Part shown: positions 1 to 12,500 of the stretch, piece after piece
How the letters are laid out: each line of letters opens with the position of its first letter
How positions within the stretch are numbered: the first letter of the stretch is position 1
Source of the DNA: Blasia pusilla
Taxonomy: Eukaryota
NCBI GenBank assembly: GCA_050084515.1
Contig: CM114271.1
Span: 20,832,001-20,896,000, forward strand
Direction of reading: 5' to 3'
DNA: 64,000 nucleotides
The notes under the pieces: generated by a model
Database searches by the model: none
Told to the model about the DNA's origin: nothing
What the model saw: the letters and a program-made list of their open reading frames with translations, nothing else
Translations under genes and position numbers: made by a program

Positions 1-3000
1 GTATGTCATCGATATAGATGATAACATACTCATCCATTTCCTTGTGAAAAATGGAGTTCATCAATGTGGTGAACGCCGGAGGCGCGTTACATAGACCAAA
101 AGGCATCACTACAAACTCAAAGGAACCGTATCTCAAATCCCCGCACGCAATCTTCTCCACATCCGCCGGCGCAATCCGCAATCCGACCGTAATATCCTAA
201 CTTTAAGTCAATCCTACTGAAATATCTCGCGCCTGCTAGCCTATCAAAGAGATCATCTATCCTCGGAAGAGGATTATTGTTCCGAACCGTCACTTTGTTC
301 AATGCACGGTAATCAACACACAGCCTCATCTTTCCATCCTTCTTCTTTACAAAGAGAACAGGTGCTCCATAAGGTGACTTGCTAGTCCTAATGTAACCCT
401 TTTCCAAAAGCTCACTTAGCTGCTTTTTGAACTCAAGAAGTTCCTCCTGATTCAACCTATATGGTGCTTTTGAAGGCGGTTGGGAACCGGGTATGATCTC
501 TATCTTATGATCTACGGCTCTATGCGGCGGAAATTCAGTCGGAAGCTCGTTTGTCAAGACATCCTCAAACTCCTTGACCACTTCCTGGAGTGGTTCTGGG
601 ACTTCCTTCACAGCAGTGTCGTGATCTCTGCGTATTCTGCTTGTAGCCTCCTCCACTTGTCTCATCAAGCAGAGAAATCCATCCTCCAACTCGCCATGCT
701 CCTCCCAGATCGAGTTCACTAACTCCATTTTCGCTGAACCTCACGGACCAACCGCACTCAGAACCGTTTGTTTTTAGCAAGACGCTCAACCTCAAGGGTC
801 TACGTCTTAACCCCACCTCATACGCATCTAGGAATGTATTCCCCAAAAATCCGTCATTGCCATCCATTTCGCACACAGTGAAATTCTCCTTCAACTCGAA
901 TACCCCGATCCCATTGTCAAACCCAAGACCAAATCGAAGTCCGATGAGACTTGCCTCAAATCCTACTCAAATGGGCTCGTCCGCCTTAGAGGTAGATGCC
1001 CAGCCTTCCTTCACGATTTCGGCTTAGGAAGGAGGCGAAGCACCTGTATCCACGAGCAACAACACATCGCGATCAGCAATCTTGGATCTTAGGTACACCA
1101 AATTGTGCGCCCTCTTGGTGAATTGAAGGGACGTCTGAGATCGCCAATGATGCTTAGCAAAGCAAAGGCAATCATACTCCCATTACTAACCTTGGTTTGA
1201 ACACCCTTTCGAAAGGTGCCTTGCCACGCTTGTAGCATACGACCTTGCCGTTCCTCGACTTTGAGTGTTGTCCTCCTTTCGGCCGCATGAAGTTCCACTC
1301 GCTTTGCCGGGCGCATTTACTCTCCTGGTTCGTCTTGGCCCCACCCCAGCCTCTTTTGAACGCCTCCTTATTTTTCGACTTCTTCAAAAACTTTTGGCTC
1401 GAAGGGTTTCGGTTTGGACCTCATCGTCTAATCCGCCCGCTTAGCTTCGTGGAAGGTCCGCTTTGGTCTCTCTGGCAACGCCAAGATTCGATAAAGGGCC
1501 TTTTCAGCCGCCGGGCTTGAGTCCACTAATGAAGATAGCCTTCTTTGCGTGCTCATCCATCTTTGGACAAGAAGTCGGGCCGACTAAACTCCCTCACATA
1601 CGCACTTAAGGAACCATCCGATCCGACGCATTCCACCGTGTCGCGAACCCTTGGTACTCCGGAGTGAACCGATCCCCAATCAACTCCTTGAACTCCTCCC
1701 AACTCAGAGGTGACTCGCCGCCCAGATATTCCTCTCGTTGAGTTGTCCACCATTGTAGAGCATGATCCTTCAGAAGAGTAACGGCTACCGTCACCTTGTC
1801 GCTCGCCAGCCCTCCCTCGGCATGGGCCTGATTCGAGCCTGTGAAGGAAATCCTTCACTTTCATGAGCGCCCACTCCAGTTGAATGGCGGGCAGGTGTAA
1901 ATCTTCTTGCAGAGCTTTTTGCCCGCACCGGTTTCGAGTGGCCTCTAACTCGCAATCCGCTTGCTTTGTGGGACATCCGCTCCACCAACACCTTCAACAA
2001 GTCCAACGTTTGGCTCGACTCCCTCCTTTCCCCTGAGTTTGGGCCCTCGCCCCGCGGAAGGAGTTGCCTCTGGAACGTCCTCACGACTGGCGTTCAGCTC
2101 TTCAGGAGTCTCCTCTCCTCCATAGCTTCACGGTCCGGCATTGGTTCCTCTCTTGGTTCACGCCGCTTGATTCGGTGCTTCTTGGGTTGTTCTCCCTCGG
2201 TCGCCATTTCCAAGCCAACTCACTCAAATCTCCTCCTCGCTTTTTGCGTCCCTCCTCGAGCGCATTTAGTCTCAGCCGCTACCTTCAAATTTCCCAAGCG
2301 TCCGGCTGATCCCACGACCCCAAGTTCTCGCCACCAAGGATTTGCTCGATACCACTTGTCGCGCCTCTACTCTCCTTGAACGTCAATCTTTAGTGTTGCC
2401 GGCGTGCGTTCGATGAGGGTCACGAACTCATCGCCGATCTGCATCCAAACACGCACTCTCGTTAGTCGGGTTTGGGCCAACCGGCATTCCAACCCACCGA
2501 GTCCTCAACTCGGCGTCTCATCAAGCTCAACCTTCCTTAGTTCCTAGCTTCCAAAACATGGCAAGTCCTTCAAGACTTGGAAAGACTTCCTGGTTAGTCC
2601 AGGGATCAAACGGCACTTGCGCCGCCTAGCGATCCTGTTCAACGGTCCTCGGTGAGTTCCAACCGAGACCCAAGTAATTGAGTCGCGGAGTGGAATCCAA
2701 GAGGGATGTCTAAAATCGCCTCACTGGACTTGGTGCAGGTTTTCCAACCCAACCCCCAAACTCGCGTTCCGTTCCATGCCCTTGAGCCGCCCCGTGGCGC
2801 CCAAAGTGGGGTTTGGGTTCCAAGCACTCTCGGAAACCTTCCCTCTTACTAGTACTTCTGGGGTTCTCCAATAACCCCTCCCCTTTGGGAAAAGAGGGTC
2901 GGCCCTTCATTGTGGCCCTCAACCCGACTCCACTTACAGTCGTTTTCGGGTTGTATCTCAGCCGCTGCTTATGCGTTTGTAGCAATCTTTGGTGCGTTAG

Positions 3001-3349
3001 GACTGACTCTTCATAAGCTTTCCAACGCACCTTTATTTGCTCCAAAAGCATCTTGGCGCTAAAAGTTATGGCCATAAATACAATCGGAAACTCTCAAACG
3101 CTAGTGGCGTTCCAAATCCGGATCTTTCCTTTGGCAACCCACTTCCTAGACTCGACTTCTTTCAAGTCTCATTCCGCGTTTGGTCCAGGTTTCGATCACG
3201 ACCATAACACCTGAAACGCGACTCCTCGCTCGCGTCTCGTCTCTTGTCTCCTCTTTGAGACAACTCCAACGCGCAAACCATCTTAGCGTGAGCCCGCTAA
3301 TGTTCCGATGTTCCGCTTGGCACTTTGTTTGGTCATGAGGGTCGCGACA
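1..3349 (-). mobile_element. Ty3/Gypsy chromovirus copy 2 (5' LTR, PBS, gag-PR-RT; runs off the window start), in tandem with copy 1
   Basis: 1-2356 aligns with 6165-8548. RT motifs [14 protein letters not shown] and [14 protein letters not shown] remnant at 2344-2354 next to LTR 2357-3349; many small indels. Confidence 0.93.
2357..3349 (-). repeat. LTR (~993 bp) shared as 3' LTR of copy 1 and 5' LTR of copy 2
   Basis: TGTCGCG...CGCGACA termini; near-identical to 8549-9542; PPT on one side and PBS on the other. Confidence 0.95.
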
Positions 3350-3364
3350 CTCACCCCTCTTTTA
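3350..3364 (-). other. Polypurine tract
   Basis: Minus strand reads TAAAAGAGGGGTGAG immediately before the LTR TG; same tract precedes LTR 47227. Confidence 0.85.
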
Positions 3365-4038
3365 GAGGTTGATGCCCTCATCGACACAAACTTTTATTAT
3401 GTCAAGTCTCTTGGGCAGCCTACCCCTTGACATTGAATTGCGTTCTGGTGGCTAACCCGCAATTCCTCTTAGTCTCTAGTTGTCGCTTTGCCCCACTTAG
3501 AATTATTAGCCTCTCCTCTTTGATAAGCCTGGACTAGTTCCAAGGAACTAACCTATCAAATAAGCTAACTAAGTGTGCAACCTTAGACTCTTTTGACTCA
3601 TAACTGTAAACATCACACTTGTTTACCTGGTCCACAAATCGTACTACTATTGGGTCGCTCAGATTCGACTTAGGCACGTCACTAAGTTTACTTATGTGGC
3701 CACAAGTAAGATCACCCCAAGCCCCAAGACAGACTTTATCTGCCCCGCCGACGCTAGGGCGAGCCCGAGTGTAATCCAACACAAGGTCCTGTTCTAGGTG
3801 CCTATCCACATACGAGCTCTCACCTCAAATACTCCTTGTGTGTCCTCTTGTCATACATTCTACGCTTATGATGAACGACTCATAGCCATGCACTACCACA
3901 TACAAATTGCAATCAACACTGGTATCGAATCTCCAAATCCATACACTCCTTTATTGCAACACTAGCATATTCTAGTTACAACGGCCTTTGGCCCAAGATT
4001 CCACTGGTTACAAGTCATGTCTCTAGCTTCTCCTTGTA

Positions 4039-7000
4039 CTAACGTATGTGCTTCGCTTGTGTTCGCTTGAAGTCACGCAACAACTCTTGCGCGTGTTCCA
4101 AATCCGCCTCCGCAATCCAAGTCGCCTCCTTCACATGGTAGCCCTTCCATTTTACCAAGTATTCATACTTGTTGGCCTGACGCCTCGAACGTAAGATGGT
4201 CTCCACCTCAAACTCCGGCTCTTCATTTACGAGACCGGGTGCGGTCTCACCACTGCTCTCGTGGCAGTAACGCCCATTATCTTGAAGATATTTCTTCAAC
4301 AATGACATATGAAAGGTCGGGTGAATCTTGAACTCGTCCGGTAGCCTCAACGTATACACATCCTCAAACGGGTTTGCCACAATCACATACGGTCCAAAGA
4401 TACTTGGCGGGCATGGGCCAACAACTTTTCGAAGAGTGAGGTTTGTTACACTCAACCACACTTGTTCTCCAACTTGGAATCGATTGGCGCCGACTTTTGT
4501 AAGCATGCTTAACGTATTCCTCATTTGAGCCTTTGCAAGACTTCGCCTCGCGCTCTTCTCTTTCGTTGCATCTCTACCAACAAACCTTCTGTCGTCGCTT
4601 GTCGTGTTCATGCCAATGAAGTACCCTTCGAAAGGGCTAGATCAAGAGGCCCTTTTCAGTCTGTCCATCCGTCTGTGGGTGGAAAGCTGTACTGAAACTC
4701 AGCTTGGTCTTAAACCTTCTGAACAAGTGCTTCCAGGAAGCACTGGTAAACTTTGGATCCCAATCTGAAACAATGCTCCTCGGCAAACCATGAGCACGCC
4801 ACCCAACTATCGAGGAATGGTTGCGCGTCAGATACGCCGTTCAGATGGAATCCACCGTCGGCACGAATCTTGCCAACTTGCTAAACTGATCAACAATCAC
4901 AAGTATAGCGTTGTATCCCTCAGATTCCGGAAGACTCGTGATGAAATCCATACTCACACTTTGCAAGGGTCCTTGTGGGATCGGCAAGGGATGCAGCAAG
5001 CCCTGTTTCTTATCATAAGAGACTCGATTCGCTTGGCAGGTCACACAAGTCTTCACATATTGAGCAACATCCTCTTTCATATTGAGCCAAAAGAATCGCT
5101 TCGACAGAACAGCTAGCGTAGATTTCTCTCCTTTATGTCCTGCCAAGGGCCCGTCGTGACATTCCGCTAACACCTTGGTTCGCATCCTGCCTTGCCCTAC
5201 ATAGATCCTACTCTATTTGAACCTTAGTAAACCGTGTTTCAAACTTATGTTGGCCACCTTCTCACCCTGCTTCAACTTCCTCAGGTATTCCCCTGCTTGA
5301 GCATCCTTCATATATCCTTCACGAATCCTTCTTTCCAGATCTGTTTCTTTAGGGAACATTGCTCTCAAGACCTGTGTCGTCGATGGCATGTGTTCCTCCT
5401 TGCGACTTAATGCATCCGGAATCACATTATCTTTACCTGGCTTGTGAATCAACTCAACATCCATCAACGCCAAGGTATCATGCCATCGCAGTTGTTTCGG
5501 TGTCACTCGATCCTGGGTCTCAAAATACTTGAGTGATATATTATCGGTGAATACTCGAGTCCTGTGGAGCCCTAGATAATGCCGCCACTTCCTCAAGCAA
5601 TGTACCACCGCGAACAACTCTTTCTCGTGAGTAGGCCATCTCCTTTCAGTATCGCTAAGCCTCTTGCTCTCATATGCCACCGGTCTTCCTTCTTGCACAA
5701 ACATTCTTGCAACCGCGAAATCACTAGCATCGGTATGCACCTCGAACGGTTTGTCAAATTCCGGCAGCTTCAACACTGGTTCCTGCGATAGAATTTGCTT
5801 CACTCGGTTGAATGCCTCATTTACTTCCTGGGTCCAAGTCGTGTTGGAAAACTTTGCTGTCCAATCCGTGAGAGGTCTAACAATTCCCGAAAAGTTTTTC
5901 ACATAAGTACGATAAAACTGCACCGCACCTATGAACCTCCTCATCCCCTTTACAGTGGATGTGGGTTCCCACTCGGAAATCGCCGTCACCTTCTCCATGT
6001 CTAGACTGACGCCATCTAAACTCACCACGTGACCCAAGAATTTGATCTTACTCAAACCAAATTCGCTCTTCTCTACATTCGCATACAGCTGATTTTCCCT
6101 TAGCTTAGACAAGACCGCTCTTACATGTCAAACGTGCTCCTCTAGTGACTTCGAATAGATAAGTATGTCATCGATATAGATGATAACATACTCATCCATT
6201 TCCCTGTGAAAAATGGAGTTCATCAATGTGGTGAACGTCGGAGGCGCGTTACATAGACCGAAAGGCATCACTACAAACTCAAAGGAACCGTATCTCGTCC
6301 TGCACGCAATCTTCTCCACATCTGCTTCGGCAATCCGAATCTGGTAATATCCTAACTTTAAGTCAATCCTACTGAAATATCTCGCGCCTGCTAGCCTATC
6401 AAAGAGATCATCTATCCTCGGAAGAGGATTATTGTTCCGAACCGTCACTTTGTTCAATGCACGGTAATCAACACTGACCTCATCTTTCCATCCTTCTTCT
6501 TTACAAAGAGAACAGGTGCTCCATAAGGTGACTTGCTAGTCCTAATGTAACCCTTTTCCAAAAGCTCACTTAGCTGCTTTTTGAACTCAAGAAGTTCCTC
6601 CTGATTCAACCTATATGGTGCTTTTGAAGGCGGTTGGGAACCGGGTATGATCTCTATCTTATGATCTACGGCTCTATGCGGCGGAAATTCAGTCGGAAGC
6701 TCGTTTGTCAAGACATCCTCAAACTCCTTGACCACTTCCTGGAGTGGTTCTGGGACTTCCTTCACAGCAGTGTCGTGATCTCTGCGTATTCTGCTTGTAG
6801 CCTCCTCCACTTGTCTCATCAAGCAGAGAAATCCATCCTCCAACTCAGTCATGCTCCTCCTTGTGATCGAGTTCACTAACTCCATTTTCGCTGGAACCTC
6901 ACGGACCAACCGCACCTGTAACCGTTTGCCTTTTAGCAAGACGCTCAACCTCAAGGGTCTACGTCTTAACCCCACCTCATACGCATCTAGGAATGTATTC

Positions 7001-8399
7001 CCCAAAAATCCGTCATTGCCATCCATTTCGCACACAGTGAAATTCTCCTTCAACTCGAATACCCCGCATCCTACTGTCAAACCCAAGACCAAATCAGAAG
7101 TCCGATGAGACTTGCCTCCTGCAAATCCTACTCAAATGGGCTCGTCCGCCTTAGAGGTAGACGACCCCGATTCCTTCACGATTCTCGGCTTAGGAAGGAG
7201 TGCGAAGCACTGTATCCACGAGCAACAACACATCGCGATCAGCAATCTTGGATCTTAGGTACACCAAATTGTGCGTCCTCTTGGTGAATTGAAGGGACGT
7301 CTCGAGATCGCCCGCCAACAGATGCTTAGCAGCAAAGGCAATCATACTCCCATTACTAACCTTCGGTTTCGAACACCCTTTCGAAAGGTGCCCCGGTTCG
7401 CCACAGTTGTAGCATACGACCTTGCCGTTCCCTGACTTTGAGTGTTGTCCTCCTTTCGCCGCATGAAGTTCCACTCGTTTTCTTTGCCGGCACGACTCTC
7501 CTGGTTCGTGGCCCCCCCCACCCCAGCCTCTTTGAACGCCTCCTTATTTTTCGACTTCTTCAAAAAAACTTTTGGCTCGGCGAAGGGTTTCGGGTTTGGA
7601 CCTCATCGTCTCAATCCGCTCCGCTTAGCTTCGAGAAGGTCCGTCTTTGGTCTCCTGGCAACGTCAAAGATTCGATAAAGGGCCTTTTCAGCGCTCGGCT
7701 TGAGTCCACTAATGAAGATAGCCTTCTTTGCGTGCTCATCCATCTTTGGACAAGAAGTCGGGCCGCACTAAACTCCCTCACATACGCACTTAAGGAACCA
7801 CTCTGCGCATCCGCACGCATTCCACCGTGTCGCGCAACCCTTGGTACTCGGAGTGAACCGATCCCCAATCAACTCCTTGAACTCCTCCCAACTCGAGGTG
7901 ACTCGCCGCCGGATATTCCTCTCGTTGAGTTGTCCACCATTGTAGAGCATGATCCTTCAGAAAGTAACGGCTACCGTCACCTTGTCTCGCTCGGCAGACC
8001 CTCTGCGCCGGAAGTCTGATTCGATTCCGTAAGGAAATCCTTCACTTCACTTTCATGAGCGCCCACTCCGATGAATGGCGTAAGGTTTGTCTTGCAGAGC
8101 TTTTTGCCCGCACCCAGGTTTCGAGTGGCCTCTAACTCTGCAATCCGCTTGCTTTGCTGGGACATCTGCTCCACCAACACCTTCAACAAGTCCAACGTTT
8201 GGCTCGACTCCCTCCTTTCCCCTGAGTTTGGGCCTACTGGCCCCGCGGAAGGAGTTGCCTCTGGAACGTCCTCACGACTGGCGTTCAGCTCTTCAGGAGT
8301 CTCCCTCTCCTCCATAGCTTCACGGTCCGGCATTGGTTCCTCTCTTGGTTCACGTCGCTTGATTCGGTGCTTCTTGGGTTGTTCTCCCTCGGTCGCCAT
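4039..8399 (-). pseudogene. gag-pol polyprotein of chromovirus copy 1, frameshifted, with C-terminal chromodomain
   Basis: ORF pieces 7977-8405, 7190-7474, 6454-7092, 6128-6457, 5213-6112, 4841-5185 and 4039-4611 give consecutive domains; chromodomain EFEVETIL...YLVKWKGY...ATW. Confidence 0.93.
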
Positions 8400-8534
8400 T
8401 TCCAAGCCAACTCACTCAAATCTCCTCCTCGTTTCTTGCGTCCCTCCTCGAGCGTACGAGTCTAGCCGCTACCTTCAAATTTCCCAAGCGTCCGGCTGAT
8501 CCCACGACCCCAAGTTCTCGCTCACCAAGGATTT

Positions 8535-8546
8535 GCTCTGATACCA
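8535..8546 (-). promoter_or_regulatory. Primer binding site (tRNA-iMet)
   Basis: TGGTATCAGAGC on the minus strand, 2 nt after the LTR CA end. Confidence 0.93.
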
Positions 8547-8548
8547 CT

Positions 8549-9542
8549 TGTCGCGCCCCTACTCTCCTTGAACGTCAATCTTTAGTGTTGCCGAAGCGTG
8601 CGTTCAGTAGGTCACGAACTCATGGCCGATCTGCATCCAAACACGCACTCTCGTTAGTCGGGTTTGGGCCAACCGGCATTCCAACCCACCGAGTCCTCAA
8701 CTCGGCGTCTCATCAAGCTCAACCTTCCTTAGTTCCTAGCTTCCAAAACATGGCAAGTCCTTCAAGACTTGGAACAGACTTTCTGGTTAGTCCAGGGATC
8801 TCTAAACGGCACTTGCGCGCCTATAAAATTCAACGGTCCTCGGTGAGTTCGAACCGAGACCCAAGTAATTGAGTCGCGGAGTGGAATCCAAGAGGGATGT
8901 CTAAAATCGCCTCACTGGACTTGGTGCAGGTTTTCCAACCCAACCCCCAAACTCGCATTCCGTTCCATGCCCTTGAGCCGCCCCGTGGCGCCCAAAGTGG
9001 GGTTTGGGTTCCAAGCACTCTCGGAAACCTTCCCTCTTACTAGTACTTCTGGGGTTCTCCAATAAACCCTCCCCTTTGGGAAAAGAGGGTCGGCCCTTCA
9101 TTGTGGCCCTCAACCCGACTCCACTTACAGTCGTTTTTGGGTTGTATCTCAGCCGCTGCTTATGCGTTTGTAGCAATCTTTGGTGCGTTAGGACCGACTC
9201 TTCATAAGCTTTCCAACGCACCTTTATTTGCTCCAAAAGCATCTTGGCGCTAAAAGTTATGGCCATAAATACAATCGGAAACTCTCAAACGCTAGTGGCG
9301 TTCCAAATCCGGATCTTTCCTTTGGCAACCCACTTCCTAGACTCGACTTCTTTCAAGTCTCATTCCGCGTTTGGTCCAGGTTTCTCAGTCACGACCATAA
9401 CACCTGAAACGCGACTCCTCGCTCGCGTCTCGTCTCTTGTCTCCTCTTTGAGACAACTCCAACGCGCAAACCATCTTAGCGTGAGCCCGCTAATGTTCCG
9501 ATGTTCCGCTTGGCACTTTTTTTGGTCATGAGGGTCGCGACA
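8549..9542 (-). repeat. 5' LTR of chromovirus copy 1 (~994 bp)
   Basis: TGTCGCG...CGCGACA termini; direct repeat of 2357-3349. Confidence 0.95.
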
Positions 9543-12500
9543 AAACAGGATTGCACTTGTACAAAAATATACCATTTTCTGGCAGAAAATTGCGTGAGTC
9601 TAGGATCAAAATGAAGTCCACCAGAGTGGTCGACTTGGGAAGTCCACTAGAGGGGTGGACTTGGCAATAATGAGATTTGATCACCAATATGCCTCAAGAC
9701 TTGGTATTCTCTGCTAGGCAGCACCATTGCAAACCCCCAAGCAGCAGATACAAACTTTGCCTGAGAATGACTTGTGAGTAGATCTAATGCAAACTTGTGT
9801 TCGGGAAGGACACCTTCCCAAAAACTGCATAACTCATATCGGACTTGTACGACTTGACCACCAATGCCAATTGCATATTTGATCAGGTCCATAGCTATCA
9901 CTTTCTTTACATCTTGCTCCTCCCCAATCACCAATCCCGCATAATTGTGACAGATGTGAAGGGTCACTCTCCATACCACTCCGACCATCAACCATGCGAG
10001 CAATACATATCGATCCTCGTGGCACAACACAAAGTCTACAAACCAGACGTACATGTAGCAATCATCAAGGTGGAATCTGTAATTCTGAGATATGCCTACG
10101 GACTCTAAATGGTTGCCACAACCTCCATACTTGGACATCATGATATAATATCCTAGCCCTGGTAGCATCATGCATAGCCATTATTCGATCAAATATCCCT
10201 ATTGGCCTACTCTTGTGCAAGATGTTCACCCTCACTTCAAAGGGAAGACTACGGAGTCTAAACACAAAGTATTCATCTTCTGCTATTTTTTACAGAGTAT
10301 ATATTATCCTGTTCAATTTTGAACACAATAAACTTAGTCATACATTTTAGATACATCAAATAATGCGTACACTTTACTACTATGCCATGCTTATTATGTG
10401 CAAGAGCATCTTGAACTTATTTAAGCGGTTGAAAGATCAAGGATTATACTTGGGGCCTTCACCTTAAGAAATCTGTGAAGGGCTTTGAATGTAAGAAAGC
10501 TTATCTTTGGGAATCGAATGGACTATATCTACACCTACAACGCACTCATCGATGACCTGTTTTGTAAGTTGGCTGATGTTGATAATTGCACCTGAACCCC
10601 ATCAAAATCAAAGTAAGTACACACGGCTACTTTTATACCCACTTGCATTTAAGTGGAATTCACAGTATAAAAAAAAGGGGTCTCATCAGGAATCGAATCT
10701 TCAAATTGGTTAGGGGGCACTCAATCTCCAATCAAAATGTACTAGTTTCAATATAACTGTGTGTTCTACACAAATCTCAATTTGTAAACAACACAAAACC
10801 ATGCATAGTATTAACTTTTAATGTTGTCGTCCCTCTTAGTAACTTGTATCTTATTTCAAGTAAATCCCTTTAGTAAAAAAATATCGCGCATGTTACGATG
10901 TAGGAAAAATACTCTGCAATAAAAGTGCCAAAGTAGTCAATGTGTCATTGTAAAAAACTACCATTCAATCCGTAAACTCAAAAACTTACTTGAAACAAGG
11001 GTCTATCTTGGCTACATTATAGGGTATGTATCAACCAGATCTAGCCCAGACTCCTATGTCCATACATGAGCCCACACAACACGCGTATGCAATGTCATCT
11101 CCTAAAATACCAGGCTGCCTTCTACATCAGACACCATCACCAAAAGCAGAGCCCGTCAATTTTTCATGATAGAACTCTAGAGCCAACTTAGTGTTTGAAC
11201 CCGTGGAAGAAATAATGCTTCAGACTTGAGCAAGGGCATTTTCCATGTCTTCCCCTCTCACTCCTCTTCGCATGCTTTCTCGATCGTGACAAATATACAT
11301 CGTACAAATATTCACAACCCCAGCTATACTCAACCAAATCAAGATAGTCTCTTGTGTACCCATATCTAATTTCCAATCTTCCCAACAAAAGTAAATATGC
11401 CTCTGTTGTAGGTTATAGCACCATAGAGGGTGAACCCATTCCTCAACACTACCCCTCCACAACGAATCCTCATAACAAATTATGGCTACTAAATCAGGTT
11501 GGAGCACACAGAATGCATCAACTAATGGTTTATTGAATGCACCAAGAGGGATCTCTTTTGGAAACCACCAAACCATGTGTGTTCAGACATCGTTGAACTC
11601 AGGGCAGGAACTCACCCACTCACTGCAATCAAATGCTGTCAAAGGGAAGTGACACCTGATTGAAACTACAACAAAAAAATAGAAAACAATAACATGAGAC
11701 AACAGATGCAAACATAGCGCACACAGAGAGAGTAGTGTCTATTGTAGCTTTGTGACTATAAACACCGCGGCCTGGTTGGAGGATGGTTGAGATTGGGATA
11801 TCCAGAGGGAGACAGAGCAAGAGAGGGGTCTACAGTAATTGATTAGAATCCTATGTAATGATTCCTTACCAATGCATCACTTTGGGCAATAAGCATATGC
11901 TACTACATGTGTAGAATAGTAGTCTCATTACCAATCGAGCAATACTAGCACATGCTATTGCTCAATGTGTTTTGAATTCACAGACATAGAGATATAGTGA
12001 GGGAGAGTGATAGACTATCCAGCCAATATAGTGCCTGATGGAGCCATCAACATTCTTGAACAGTGCACTAGATCAGTGTTGAAACTACATGGGCTCTAGG
12101 AAATAAACATAGGCTTCACATCCGTATCCCCTACGTTACATCCTTGCAACCCCCCCAAAAAAAATTGTCACTAATGCAGCAGTATTAGGCCATATATCTA
12201 GCGCCGTCCCCCCTAATGTGTTTAACATATTTGGTGTTACCATGTAAGAAATATCAGTATATGGGCTTGGTCTCATGACGAGAGACTTTACTCGTTAAGA
12301 GAGAGTGGAGTAGCCTTGCAAACAAACCCCATGCCATGGTTGGATGGTGATTGAGACTGGGATGGGTATAGACAGAGCATCAAGTGAAGAAGGTACTATA
12401 TGAGAGGATGGACACTCTCATATAGTGTGAGTGCCAACCATACAACGTGTTGGTGCCGACCTTCCAAGTGGCAACCAAGAAACTCTTCACCACAACTCTA

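Larger units (their letters stand above)
2357..9542 (-). mobile_element. Ty3/Gypsy chromovirus LTR retrotransposon, copy 1 (full structure)
   Basis: Two LTRs, tRNA-iMet PBS, PPT, and order gag (zinc knuckle CYNCGEPGHLSKGC), PR (LLVDT), RT (YIDDILI), RNase H (DASD, EKEL), INT (H-H-C-C, SMDFITSLP), chromodomain. Confidence 0.96.

Noticed and set aside
8901-9266. 121 aa ORF inside the chromovirus LTR (also 2710-3075)
   Set aside because: Identity only reflects LTR duplication; the frame is not preserved in the third LTR and no domain is recognisable.
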